Assembly (NCBI GenBank): GCA_031288535.1
Contig: JAITRF010000060.1
Span: 13,519-77,518 of the forward strand
From: Desulfovibrio sp.
Lineage (GTDB): Bacteria > Desulfobacterota > Desulfovibrionia > Desulfovibrionales > Desulfovibrionaceae
Direction: 5' to 3'
DNA length: 64,000 bases
In this document: positions 36,770 through 46,082 of the stretch, piece by piece
How positions within the stretch are numbered: the first letter of the stretch is position 1
Layout of the letters: the number at the start of each line of letters is the position of its first letter
Notes under the pieces: model-generated
Databases searched by the model: none
Seen by the model: only the letters and a program-made list of their open reading frames with translations
Told to the model about the DNA's origin: nothing
Program-made: the position numbers and the translations under genes

Positions 36770-39700
36770 TCAGGCGCGCGTCAGGTTTTTTTCCCAGGTT
36801 CTCAGATCAGCGTCGAAAGAGGGTCCGGGACTTATGCCGTATGTGTCGCCCAATTTCAACATGCACCAGACGTCACCCAGGTCCAGACGCAGATGCATGG
36901 GAATCTGTCCCTTGTGCCTGGAAAAAATGTCGCTCAATTCCGCCAGCCGGCCGGGCGCCATTTCCGCCGGGCCTATTTCCAGACAGTAAGGGTTGGGGTT
37001 GCGCTGACAGGCTTCGGACAAGGGCAGGACCGCTTCGACCAGAAAGGTGATTTCTTTTTGCGCCTCATCGTCGTTTTCCGGGTTCTCCTCCCGGTCCGGG
37101 GAATTGGAACGGATTTTTCCCTCCATATACAGCGGGGTGTCGGGAACGAGCAAGTCCCTGTACTTGTCATACGCCGCGCTGAAGCAGAGGGCGGTCGCCT
37201 TGGCCGTCAGGTCTTCCACCTGCAACTGGGCCCAGCGCTTGTCTCTGGAATCCGTGCGCACCCTGTCCACTTTGGCGAGCACCGCGCAGGCGAAGTGGGA
37301 ATTTGGGGCCAGTTCCCGGCAGTCTTCCAGCGGCGTAAGGCGCAGCCGTTCCATTTCTCCGCGGAAGGGCTGCAAGGGATGGCTGGTGAAATAAAAACCC
37401 AGGGCCTCCTTTTCAAAACGGGCTAGGGCGGAGTTGTCCCATTCCGCAATGGAGTTTTCCGGGCAGGCGAAGCCTATGCCCGGTTCAGAGGTCTTTTCCG
37501 GCATCATGGCCAGCAGGGATACGCGGCCTTCCTGTTTGCTCTTCAATTTTTTCTGGGCCTTGGAAACGGCTTCATCCAGCGCGGCCGCCAGCGCCGCCCG
37601 GCTTACCCCGAAACAATCGCAGGCCCCGCCCTTGATCAGGCTTTCCAGCGCCCTTTTGTTCATTTTTCGCCCGGACAAGCGGCAGCAGAGGTCATAAAAA
37701 GATGTGAACGGCCCCTCTTCTTTCCGCGTCTCCTGCATTTCCCGCACAGCCTCCTCGCCCACGTTGCGGATCGCTCCAAGGCCGTACAGCACTTTTCCGT
37801 CCTGTACCGTAAATCTCCAGAAACAGCGGTTGACGTCCGGAGGCAGAACCTCAACGCCGACATCCTTGCATACTGCTATATATTTTAAAAGCTTGTCATG
37901 ATCGCTCATTTCCGAAGAGAGCAGGGCGGCCATAAATTCGGTGGGATAGTGGGTTTTCAGCCAGGCCGTATGGTAGGAGATGAGGGCGTAGGCCGCGGCA
38001 TGGGACTTGTTGAAGCCGTACGCGGCAAACTTGTTGATCAGGTTGAATATTTCCCGGGCGTCTTTCTCCGATACGCCGCGTTCGCGCGCCCCGGCAAGGA
38101 ATTTGGGATGTTCGGCATCCATGGCCTTGCGGTCTTTCTTTCCCATGGCCCGGCGCAGTTCATCCGCTCCGCCCAGACTGTATCCCGCGACTATGCGGGC
38201 GATCTGCATCACCTGTTCCTGGTAGACAATGATCCCGTAGGTGTTTTTCAGACAATCCTCAAGTCCGGGCAGGGGGTAGCTCATTTCTCCTCTGCCGTGC
38301 TTGCGCCGGATGAATTCGGGAACGTTGTCCATGGGTCCGGGCCTGTAGAGAGAAACCATGGCGATGAGGTCTTCGAATACCGTCGGCTTGAGTTGTTTAA
38401 GATAGCGGCGCATTCCGGAACTTTCCATCTGGAAAACCCCGTCCGTGTCTCCTTTGGCGTAGAGCTGGTAAGTTTGCGGGTCGTCCAAAGGCAGAGAATC
38501 CATATCCGGGACGTCCTTGCCCTGCTCTCTGATGTTCCGGAGCGTGTTGTCGATGACGGTCATGTTGCGCAGGCCGAGAAAGTCGAATTTGACCAGCCCG
38601 GCTTTTTCCACCATCTTCATGTCGAACTGGGTCACTACGTCGTTTTCGCCCTTGCCTCTGTAGACGGGTAGATATTCGAGCATGGGCTTGTCCGAGAGAA
38701 CAAGTCCGGCGGCGTGGATGGAGGCGTGGCGCGCCAGCCCTTCAAGGCGCATGGCGGTATCCAGAAGTTGTTTTATCCGCGCGTCGCTTTCGTACAGGGC
38801 CTTCAAATCCGCCTCAATATCCAGGGCCTGCTTCACCGTCATTTTTTCCGTGGGGGAAGGATCCGGGGGAACGAGCTTGACGATACGGTCCGTTTCCTGA
38901 AAACTCATGCCCAGTACCCTGCCCACATCGCGAATCACGGCCTTGGCCAGCATCTTTCCGAAAGTGGTGATTTGCGAAACGGATTCCGAGCCGTACTTGC
39001 GGTTCACATACTCAATGACCCGCTGGCGCTTGGCTTCGCAGAAGTCCACATCTATATCCGGCATACTCACGCGTTCGCTGTTAAGGAAACGCTCAAAGAG
39101 AAGACCGTGGGGGATAGGATCGAGGTTGGTTATGCGCAGGGCGTAGGCCACAAGGGAGCCGACGGCCGAACCGCGCCCCGGCCCGACCGGGATGCCGTTA
39201 TTTTTGGCCCAGTTGATAAAATCCTGCACAATAAGGAAATAGCCCGGAAAACCTGTGGCACAGATGGTCTCGATCTCCTCCTCAAGGCGTTTTTTGTAGT
39301 GTTCCTCGTCCACGGGGTAGGGCATCTTCGCCAGGCGCAGTTCCAGGCCTTTGCGGGCCAGAGAGCGGAACTCGTCCTCCGGGCTTCTGCCGGCGGGAAG
39401 ATCATAGACCGGGAAATGATATTCGTTGAACTTGAAATCGTAATCAGAGCAGAGTTCCGCTATGCGCACGGCATTGGCCGTTGCCTCCGGCAGGGCGGCG
39501 AAATCCTTTTCCATCTCCTCCGGGCTTTTGTAATAGAGGTCCTTAGCTTCAAAACGCAACCGGTTAGAATCCGTGACTTTTTTTCCAGTTTGGATGCAAA
39601 GCAGGAGATCATGAGCGTCCGCGTCGTCCGCATTAAGATAATGGCAGTCGTTAGTGGCGACGAGCGGGATGTTCAGCGTGGCCCCGATTTCAATGAGCGC

Positions 39701-40258
39701 CGTGTTTACTTTATCCTGAGCGGGCAGACCGTTGGACTGAAGTTCAAGATACAGGCGGTTTGGATAGATGTCCGCGTATTCCCTGGTCAGTTCGAGAGCC
39801 GCATCCATGCCGGATTTGAGGAACGTCCTGGGGATTTCCCCTGACAGGCAGGCGGAGAGGGCGACGATGCCTTCGGAATAGCGGCGCAGAATGTCCTTGT
39901 CCACCCGTGGCTTGCGGTAGAAACCGTACAGGTGGCCGTGCGACACCAGTTTGACCAGATTGTGGTAGCCGACGCGGTTTTGGGCGAGCAAGATCAGGTG
40001 GTAGCGCAGAGGACCCCGCTCCGGGCTTTTATCCGTGTGGTCCGGGCAGATATAGACCTCGCAGCCGATAATGGGTTTTATTCCGGCATCTTTGGCGGCG
40101 ATGTAAAAATTGAGCGCCCCGAACAGGTTGCCGTGATCTGTGATCGCCGCCGCGGGCATGCCGAACTCCTTCGCCTTGGAGCACAGGTCTTTTATGCGTA
40201 TCGCGCCGTCTAGAAGGCTGTATTCGGTATGGCAGTGCAGATGGACGAATTCAGGCAC
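36770..40258 (-). CDS. dnaE: DNA polymerase III alpha subunit
   Basis: 1162 aa. GTG start with PHP-domain N-terminus FVHLHCHTEYSLLDG. The polymerase core and OB-fold regions are recognisable. Confidence 0.95.
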   Translation of the reverse strand: MPEFVHLHCHTEYSLLDGAIRIKDLCSKAKEFGMPAAAITDHGNLFGALNFYIAAKDAGIKPIIGCEVYICPDHTDKSPERGPLRYHLILLAQNRVGYHNLVKLVSHGHLYGFYRKPRVDKDILRRYSEGIVALSACLSGEIPRTFLKSGMDAALELTREYADIYPNRLYLELQSNGLPAQDKVNTALIEIGATLNIPLVATNDCHYLNADDADAHDLLLCIQTGKKVTDSNRLRFEAKDLYYKSPEEMEKDFAALPEATANAVRIAELCSDYDFKFNEYHFPVYDLPAGRSPEDEFRSLARKGLELRLAKMPYPVDEEHYKKRLEEEIETICATGFPGYFLIVQDFINWAKNNGIPVGPGRGSAVGSLVAYALRITNLDPIPHGLLFERFLNSERVSMPDIDVDFCEAKRQRVIEYVNRKYGSESVSQITTFGKMLAKAVIRDVGRVLGMSFQETDRIVKLVPPDPSPTEKMTVKQALDIEADLKALYESDARIKQLLDTAMRLEGLARHASIHAAGLVLSDKPMLEYLPVYRGKGENDVVTQFDMKMVEKAGLVKFDFLGLRNMTVIDNTLRNIREQGKDVPDMDSLPLDDPQTYQLYAKGDTDGVFQMESSGMRRYLKQLKPTVFEDLIAMVSLYRPGPMDNVPEFIRRKHGRGEMSYPLPGLEDCLKNTYGIIVYQEQVMQIARIVAGYSLGGADELRRAMGKKDRKAMDAEHPKFLAGARERGVSEKDAREIFNLINKFAAYGFNKSHAAAYALISYHTAWLKTHYPTEFMAALLSSEMSDHDKLLKYIAVCKDVGVEVLPPDVNRCFWRFTVQDGKVLYGLGAIRNVGEEAVREMQETRKEEGPFTSFYDLCCRLSGRKMNKRALESLIKGGACDCFGVSRAALAAALDEAVSKAQKKLKSKQEGRVSLLAMMPEKTSEPGIGFACPENSIAEWDNSALARFEKEALGFYFTSHPLQPFRGEMERLRLTPLEDCRELAPNSHFACAVLAKVDRVRTDSRDKRWAQLQVEDLTAKATALCFSAAYDKYRDLLVPDTPLYMEGKIRSNSPDREENPENDDEAQKEITFLVEAVLPLSEACQRNPNPYCLEIGPAEMAPGRLAELSDIFSRHKGQIPMHLRLDLGDVWCMLKLGDTYGISPGPSFDADLRTWEKNLTRA

Positions 40259-40259
40259 G

Positions 40260-41345
40260 TCAGATCCTTTCGGCGATCAGATCGCCGGTTTTTGCGCAAC
40301 CTGCTGCCTCGCCCTTCCAACCCGGTCCGGTTATGTCGGCGGTTCTGACGCCCGCGCGCAGCACGGCGCGCACCGCGTTTTCGACCGCCGCCGCGGCTTT
40401 TTCCAGATCGAAGCTCAGGCGCAGCATCATGGCCAGAGAGAGAATGGCGGCTATCGGATTGGCCTTGTCCTGTCCGGCGATGTCCGGCGCCGACCCGTGC
40501 ACCGGCTCGAAAAGACCGATTCCCCCGTCTTCGGCCGCGCCGCTCATGGAAGCCGAAGGCAGCATCCCAAGAGAACCGGCTATGGCCGCGGCCTCATCGG
40601 AAAGAATGTCTCCGAACAGGTTGCCGGTGAGTATGACGTCGAACTGGGAGGGATTGATCACCAGCTGCATGGCGCAGTTGTCCACGTACATGTGGGAGAG
40701 GGCGATGTCTGGGTAGTCCCGGTGCGTTTCCTCCACCACCGAGCGCCACAGGCGGCTGACGTGCAGGACATTGCTCTTGTCCACCGAGCAGACGCGGCCC
40801 TGGCGTGAGCGGGCGGCGGAAAAGGCGACGCGGGCGATGCGCCGCACCTCTTCTTCGGTATAGATCATGGTGTTGAAGGCACGGCGCAGACCGTCTTTTG
40901 TCTCTTCGCCCGCTGGTTGTCCGAAATACACGTCTCCGGTAAGCTCGCGTACTACCAGGATGTCTATGCCGCGTTCCACGGTTTTTTCCTTCAGGGCCGA
41001 AAGGTCGGCCAGTTCCGGAAAAACCGCGGCCGGGCGCAGGTTCGCGAAAAGGTTGAGAGCTTTGCGCAGACCGAGCAGCCCGGCTTCCGGACGTTTCGGC
41101 GCCTTGTCCCACTTCGGCCCGCCCACTGCTCCAAGGATGACGGCGTCCGCCTTTTTGCAGGCCTCAAGGGTGGCAGGGGGCAGGGGATCTCCGGTCGCGT
41201 CAATTGCCGCGCCCCCGATCAGGGCCTCTTCGGTGTCCAGAACGAGGTCGAATTTTTTTTCCACCGTCCGCAGAATTTTCCCGGCCTGGGCGATGACTTC
41301 CGGGCCTATGCCGTCTCCCGGCAGAAGCACGATACGTTTTTTCAC
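40260..41345 (-). CDS. leuB: 3-isopropylmalate dehydrogenase
   Basis: [25 protein letters not shown] and GSAPDIAG motifs. Confidence 0.95.
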   Translation of the reverse strand: MKKRIVLLPGDGIGPEVIAQAGKILRTVEKKFDLVLDTEEALIGGAAIDATGDPLPPATLEACKKADAVILGAVGGPKWDKAPKRPEAGLLGLRKALNLFANLRPAAVFPELADLSALKEKTVERGIDILVVRELTGDVYFGQPAGEETKDGLRRAFNTMIYTEEEVRRIARVAFSAARSRQGRVCSVDKSNVLHVSRLWRSVVEETHRDYPDIALSHMYVDNCAMQLVINPSQFDVILTGNLFGDILSDEAAAIAGSLGMLPSASMSGAAEDGGIGLFEPVHGSAPDIAGQDKANPIAAILSLAMMLRLSFDLEKAAAAVENAVRAVLRAGVRTADITGPGWKGEAAGCAKTGDLIAERI

Positions 41346-41362
41346 TGCCTGCTCCTTGTGTT

Positions 41363-41866
41363 TTACAACTTTGCGCTCAATTTTCCTTTCACGAATTCCG
41401 CAAGTCCCCCGGTATCCAGAATGGCGCGCATGCTTTCCGGCAGAGGCGGGAAGTTGACGGTTTTGCCCGTTGTTTTGTTGTAGATTTTTCCTGCGGGCAG
41501 ATCCACCGTGAGCTCGTCGCCTTCGTGGAATTCACTGTAGTCTTCGCCGACTTCGATGGGCACCAGCCCCATATTGAAGGAGTTGCGGTAAAAGATGCGG
41601 GCGAAGCTATGCGCTATAACAACCGGGATGCCGGCTCCGATCAGCGCTACCGGGGCGTGTTCGCGCGACGAGCCGCAGCCGAAGTTGCGCCCGGCCGTGA
41701 GCAGGGTTGCGCCAGGTTTTATTTTTTTCTTCCATTGCGGGTCAAGGCCTTCCATGCAATGGCTGCCCAATTCCGCCGGGTCCGCGCTGACCAGATAAAT
41801 GGCCGGAATAATTGCGTCGGTGTCGATGTGATCGCCCACAGTGAGGGCGCTTCCCGCGAATTTCAT
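41363..41866 (-). CDS. leuD: 3-isopropylmalate dehydratase small subunit
   Basis: 167 aa with [13 protein letters not shown] motif. Confidence 0.9.
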   Translation of the reverse strand: MKFAGSALTVGDHIDTDAIIPAIYLVSADPAELGSHCMEGLDPQWKKKIKPGATLLTAGRNFGCGSSREHAPVALIGAGIPVVIAHSFARIFYRNSFNMGLVPIEVGEDYSEFHEGDELTVDLPAGKIYNKTTGKTVNFPPLPESMRAILDTGGLAEFVKGKLSAKL

Positions 41867-42097
41867 AAAAAATTCCTTTATGGTTTGAAACCTCTCCCTT
41901 GATGGAGATTTCCGCTCGAGGCCCGGCCATGCCGGGCATGCCGTTCCGGTAGCCTGCCTTCAGAGTTGGGGCAATTCACCCGGCTCCCATCCGCTGGGGC
42001 GGAAGTCATCCGGCCGATGGAACCGGGTATGGACTGTAAGAAACATATCTTTTTCCTTGGCGAAGCGCCCAAGCGCTCGGGGCAGTCTGACCAGGCG

Positions 42098-43369
42098 CTA
42101 TAGTTTCCCCGGATGGGTGATCGCGCCGGTCACCGCCGTGGCTGCGGCCACTGCGGGATTGGCGAGATAGATTTCGGATTCCGGGCTGCCCATGCGGCCG
42201 CGGAAATTGCGGTTGGTGGTTGCAAGGGCGCGTTCCCCCGCCCCGAGGATTCCGAGGTGCCCTCCGAGGCAGGGGCCGCAGGAGGGAGGACCGATTATAC
42301 ATTCCGCTTCCAGCAGGGTTTCGATGATCCCTTCTTTCAGGGCGGCTTTGAAAACTCCAGGCGTGGCCGGCAGGACTATGCAGCGTAACCCTTTTTTTAC
42401 TTTGCGCCCGGCGAGGACTTCGGCGGCCATCCGCAGGTCCTGAATGCGGCCGTTGGTACAGGAGCCGATGATCACCTGGTTTACCGCAAGGTCTTTCAAC
42501 TCGGACACCGGCCGGACGTTTTCCGGCAGATGCGGACAGGCGACCAGCGGTTCCAGATTGCCGACCTCAAGGGTCACATGCTGTTCATAGCTCGCGCCCG
42601 GGTCCGGGGCTATTTCCGCATCGGACGCGCGTTTCGCCTCCCGGCAGTAGTCAAGGGTTTTCCGGTCGGCCGCGAAGAGCCCGGCCTTGCCTCCGGCTTC
42701 TATCGCCATGTTGGCCATGGTCAGGCGGCCCTCCACCGGCATCTCCTCAATGACCGGGCCGTCGAATTCCAGGGCCTTGTAGCGCGCCCCGTCAACTCCC
42801 AACCTGCCGATGACCCACAGGATCAGGTCTTTACCTCCCATGTAGGGCGGCAGTTTGCCGGTGAAAGTCACCCGGATGCTTTCCGGTATCTTGAACCAGC
42901 TTTCGCCGAGGGCCATGCCGGCGGCGATGTCCGTGGACCCCATGCCGGTGGCGAAAGCGCCTATTCCCCCGTAAGTGCAGGTATGGCTGTCCGCGCCTAT
43001 GACCAGGTCCCCAGGTCCCACCAGCCCGAGTTCCGGCAAGAGGGCGTGTTCGACCCCTGCGTCGCCTCCCTCGTAATAATGGGTGATGTTCTGTTCCAGC
43101 GCAAACTTGCGACTTAGGATCACCTGCTCCGCAGAGGCGATGTCCTTTTGCGGCGTAAAATGATCCATGACAAGGACTATTTTGTTTTTGTCGAAGACCC
43201 GCTTTGCGCCCATAAGGGCCAGGGATTTGATGGCCAGGGGAGCGGTGATGTCGTTTGCCAGCACCAGGTCCAGACGACAGGTGACGATGCGCCCGGGGGC
43301 CGCATCTTCCCCGTTGATCGGGGTGAGGGAATGGGCGGCCAGAATTTTTTGCGCGAGAGTAAAAGCCAT
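42098..43369 (-). CDS. leuC: 3-isopropylmalate dehydratase large subunit
   Basis: Aconitase-family motifs GADSHT, GSCTNGR and PPSCGPCLG. Confidence 0.95.
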   Translation of the reverse strand: MAFTLAQKILAAHSLTPINGEDAAPGRIVTCRLDLVLANDITAPLAIKSLALMGAKRVFDKNKIVLVMDHFTPQKDIASAEQVILSRKFALEQNITHYYEGGDAGVEHALLPELGLVGPGDLVIGADSHTCTYGGIGAFATGMGSTDIAAGMALGESWFKIPESIRVTFTGKLPPYMGGKDLILWVIGRLGVDGARYKALEFDGPVIEEMPVEGRLTMANMAIEAGGKAGLFAADRKTLDYCREAKRASDAEIAPDPGASYEQHVTLEVGNLEPLVACPHLPENVRPVSELKDLAVNQVIIGSCTNGRIQDLRMAAEVLAGRKVKKGLRCIVLPATPGVFKAALKEGIIETLLEAECIIGPPSCGPCLGGHLGILGAGERALATTNRNFRGRMGSPESEIYLANPAVAAATAVTGAITHPGKL

Positions 43370-44895
43370 CAGCTGTCCTCCTCTTTTTTGGACAAGCGGT
43401 TGAGTGCGTTCAGGTAAGCCCTGGCGCTCGCGTTTATGATATCGGGATGGGAACCTCTGCCGACCGCGTTTCTGTTGTTCTCGGAAATGCGTACCGTCAC
43501 TTCTCCCTGGGCGTCGGTGCCGCCGGTGATGGCGTTTACGGAAAACTGCTCAAGCTTGGGGCTGTGGCCGCATACCTTGTCAATCGCCTTGAAGACGGCG
43601 TCAATCGGGCCGACACCGAATCCCGCGTACTGCACGCGTTTTCCGTCCACGTCCAGGACCAGCACCGCCGTAGGGGGAATACCGCTGTCGCTCGTCTGCA
43701 CCCCGAGATGCACCAGGGCGTACCTGTCCGGGATACGGTAGATTTCCTCAAGAACCAGCGCCTCAAGGTCCTCGTCATATATGTCTTTTTTAACGTCCGC
43801 AAGCCGTTTGACCGCCGCAAGGACCTGGTTGATCTGTTCGGATTCCAGATGGTAGCCCATATCCTCCAGCTTGGCTTTCACGGCGTTTTTTCCGGAATGT
43901 TTGCCGAGGACGATGGCGTTGCTCGGCAGGCCGATGGTTGCCGGGGTCATGATCTCGTAGGTTTCCGGGTTTTTAAGCACTCCGGCCTGGTGTATGCCGG
44001 ATTCATGGGCGAAGGCGTTGGCGCCGATTATGGGTTTGTTGCGGGCGATGGTGTGCCCGATGATACGGGAAAGGACGCGGGCAGTCGGGTATATCAACTC
44101 GGTTTTTATGCTGTGGCTCAACCGGTACAGGTGCTGACGCACCGTTATGGCCATGATTATTTCTTCGAGAGCGGCGTTGCCCGCGCGTTCCCCTATGCCG
44201 CAGATGGTCGTTTCCGCTTGGCGCGCTCCGGCCTGGAAGCAGGCCAGAGTGTTGGCCACCGCCAGTCCCAGGTCATTGTGGCAGTGTACGCTGATCACGA
44301 TATCCGGGCTTATGCGCTCCTTGAGACAGGCGATGCGGGCGGCGTGTTCGGCCGGCTGGGCGTAGCCGACCGTATCCGGAATATTCAAGGTTTTAGCCCC
44401 GTTGTCCACAGCGATTCGACAGGCCTGCACCATGAAGTCCAAATCGCTGCGTGACGCGTCTTCGCAGGAAAATTCCACGTCCTCCACGCAGCTGGAAGCG
44501 TGTTTGACCGTTTTTTCCACGTTGCGCAACACTTCGTCGGGTTTCATGTTCAGCTTGTATTGCATGTGCAGGGGAGAGGTGGCCACAAAGGTGTGTATAC
44601 GTTTTTTTTTCGCGTGGATCAGGGATTCCGCGGCGCGGTCTATGTCCCGGATGTCGGTGCGGGCGAGGCTGCACACCACGGCGTTGTCAATTTCGCGGCT
44701 GATGGCGGTTATGGCATCGAAATCTCCCGGACTTGAGGCTGCGAAACCGGCCTCTATTATGTCCACACCGAGCAGATCAAGTTGCCGGGCCATGAGAATT
44801 TTTTCCGAGAGGTTCATGGTCGCGCCGGGGGACTGTTCGCCGTCGCGCAAAGTGGTGTCGAAAATTATGATGCGATTTGGGTCGTTCTTTTGCAT
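43369..44895 (-). CDS. leuA: 2-isopropylmalate synthase
   Basis: IFDTTLRDGEQSPG and HCHNDLGLAVAN motifs, plus a C-terminal LeuA dimerisation/regulatory domain. Confidence 0.95.
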   Translation of the reverse strand: MQKNDPNRIIIFDTTLRDGEQSPGATMNLSEKILMARQLDLLGVDIIEAGFAASSPGDFDAITAISREIDNAVVCSLARTDIRDIDRAAESLIHAKKKRIHTFVATSPLHMQYKLNMKPDEVLRNVEKTVKHASSCVEDVEFSCEDASRSDLDFMVQACRIAVDNGAKTLNIPDTVGYAQPAEHAARIACLKERISPDIVISVHCHNDLGLAVANTLACFQAGARQAETTICGIGERAGNAALEEIIMAITVRQHLYRLSHSIKTELIYPTARVLSRIIGHTIARNKPIIGANAFAHESGIHQAGVLKNPETYEIMTPATIGLPSNAIVLGKHSGKNAVKAKLEDMGYHLESEQINQVLAAVKRLADVKKDIYDEDLEALVLEEIYRIPDRYALVHLGVQTSDSGIPPTAVLVLDVDGKRVQYAGFGVGPIDAVFKAIDKVCGHSPKLEQFSVNAITGGTDAQGEVTVRISENNRNAVGRGSHPDIINASARAYLNALNRLSKKEEDS

Positions 44896-44909
44896 GATCC
44901 GCTCCTTTC

Positions 44910-44936
44910 AAAAAAAACGGCCGCCCTAAGGGCGGC
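44910..44936 (-). terminator. Intrinsic terminator 14 nt upstream of the leuA start (candidate attenuator)
   Basis: Minus-strand RNA: GCCGCCC-UUA-GGGCGGC-CG-UUUUUUUU, then GAAAGGAGCGGAUC-AUG (leuA). Confidence 0.6.
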
Positions 44937-44985
44937 GCGCATTGTCTTCATATGTGGTTTCAACGTCCTGCGCGCAGTTGGGGTA

Positions 44986-45132
44986 TCATAGGCTGCGTAG
45001 GGCGAGAAGGATGATCATGGCGGCGAGAGCGGAAACGCCGAAGAAAATTTGCCCGCGAAAGTCGGGCCGTGCGGCGGCGATTGCCGTGATTCCCCGGAAA
45101 GCTGCGGCGTTCCGGCTTTTTTCGTCTTTCAT
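44986..45132 (-). CDS. 48-codon small ORF upstream of the leuA terminator (leader peptide candidate or small membrane protein)
   Basis: My own translation: MKDEKSRNAAAFRGITAIAAARPDFRGQIFFGVSALAAMIILLALRSL. AAGGAG lies 6 nt upstream of the ATG. It is below the size cut-off of the ORF track. Confidence 0.4.
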   Translation of the reverse strand: MKDEKSRNAAAFRGITAIAAARPDFRGQIFFGVSALAAMIILLALRSL

Positions 45133-45229
45133 CTCGCGCTCCTTTTTTGTCTCGGGCGAATGCCCGCAAGATTTTTATACGGCTTTGTCCGCGTGCAGGT
45201 CAATATAATTTTCGCACGTCTGTTATTTT

Positions 45230-45964
45230 TCAGGTCAAGACCACAGCGGCCAGAACGCAAAGTTCGCCGCCGCAGATCAGAAAACCCAGGAAATCTCCGT
45301 TGTACCCCCCCGCGCGGCTGGCCAGGCGTATGGTGAAAAGCATAAGCAGGCCGCTCAGGATGAATGAAAAAAGCAGGTACGTTTTGGGCATGCAGAGCAG
45401 TCCGGCGATCAGAGACAAGCCGGCTGCCGCGCAAAGACCCCGGCGGATCGGTGTGCTGGCGAAAATTTTCCCCAGCGCGGCTTCCGGGTGTGCCGGGGTC
45501 AGGCGGGACAGGAATATGGGCAGGCAACGGCCGTGCAGAGGCGCAAAAAATAAAAGGCCGAAGAGTTGCTTTTCAAAACAGGCGGCAGCCATGACTATTT
45601 CTCCGACAAGGGCCAGGACAAGCCCTAGAGCCCCAAAGGCGCCGAGCCGGCTGTCCTTCAGCACGGCATGGAATTCCGCTCCTTCTTTTCCGCTCCCCGC
45701 CGCGTCCAGCACGTCAGCCAGCCCGTCCAGGTGCAGGGCGCGCGTCAGAAAAGCGGACAACAGGGCGTAGACCCAGGCCTGTATGAGCGGGTGTCCGGCG
45801 CCGAAGCCAAGCAGCGGGGGCAGAACAAGCAGCGCGCCGAGTGTCGCGCCGGTCACGGGAAAATACACGGCGGCCGCGCCCAGTTCTTCCAGGCTCACGG
45901 CCGCGCCCGGCACGATACGGGTCATGAAGGACAGGGCGGTGAAAAAAAATTTGAACTGGCGCAT
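45230..45964 (-). CDS. cobS: Adenosylcobinamide-GDP ribazoletransferase (cobalamin synthase)
   Basis: Polytopic 244-aa protein with the RALHLDGLADVLDA motif typical of CobS/CobV. Confidence 0.85.
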   Translation of the reverse strand: MRQFKFFFTALSFMTRIVPGAAVSLEELGAAAVYFPVTGATLGALLVLPPLLGFGAGHPLIQAWVYALLSAFLTRALHLDGLADVLDAAGSGKEGAEFHAVLKDSRLGAFGALGLVLALVGEIVMAAACFEKQLFGLLFFAPLHGRCLPIFLSRLTPAHPEAALGKIFASTPIRRGLCAAAGLSLIAGLLCMPKTYLLFSFILSGLLMLFTIRLASRAGGYNGDFLGFLICGGELCVLAAVVLT

Positions 45965-46064
45965 GATACATATCTACGTACGTCGCCAAAAGCGGCGTAA
46001 CTTGTCGAAAAACCACGTTTTTTCTGTGCGATTTTATCGTTTCCCAAGCCTTGTGGAGGCAATA

Positions 46065-46082
46065 TCAAGCCCAAAATGCTAT
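46065..46082 (+). repeat. Tail-only fragment of the intergenic repeat, overlapping the stop of the radical SAM gene
   Basis: atcaagcccaaaatgcta compared with the consensus ttcaagcgtaaaatgctcta. The upstream ggaggcaatatc also occurs in copy 53849..53935. Confidence 0.45.
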
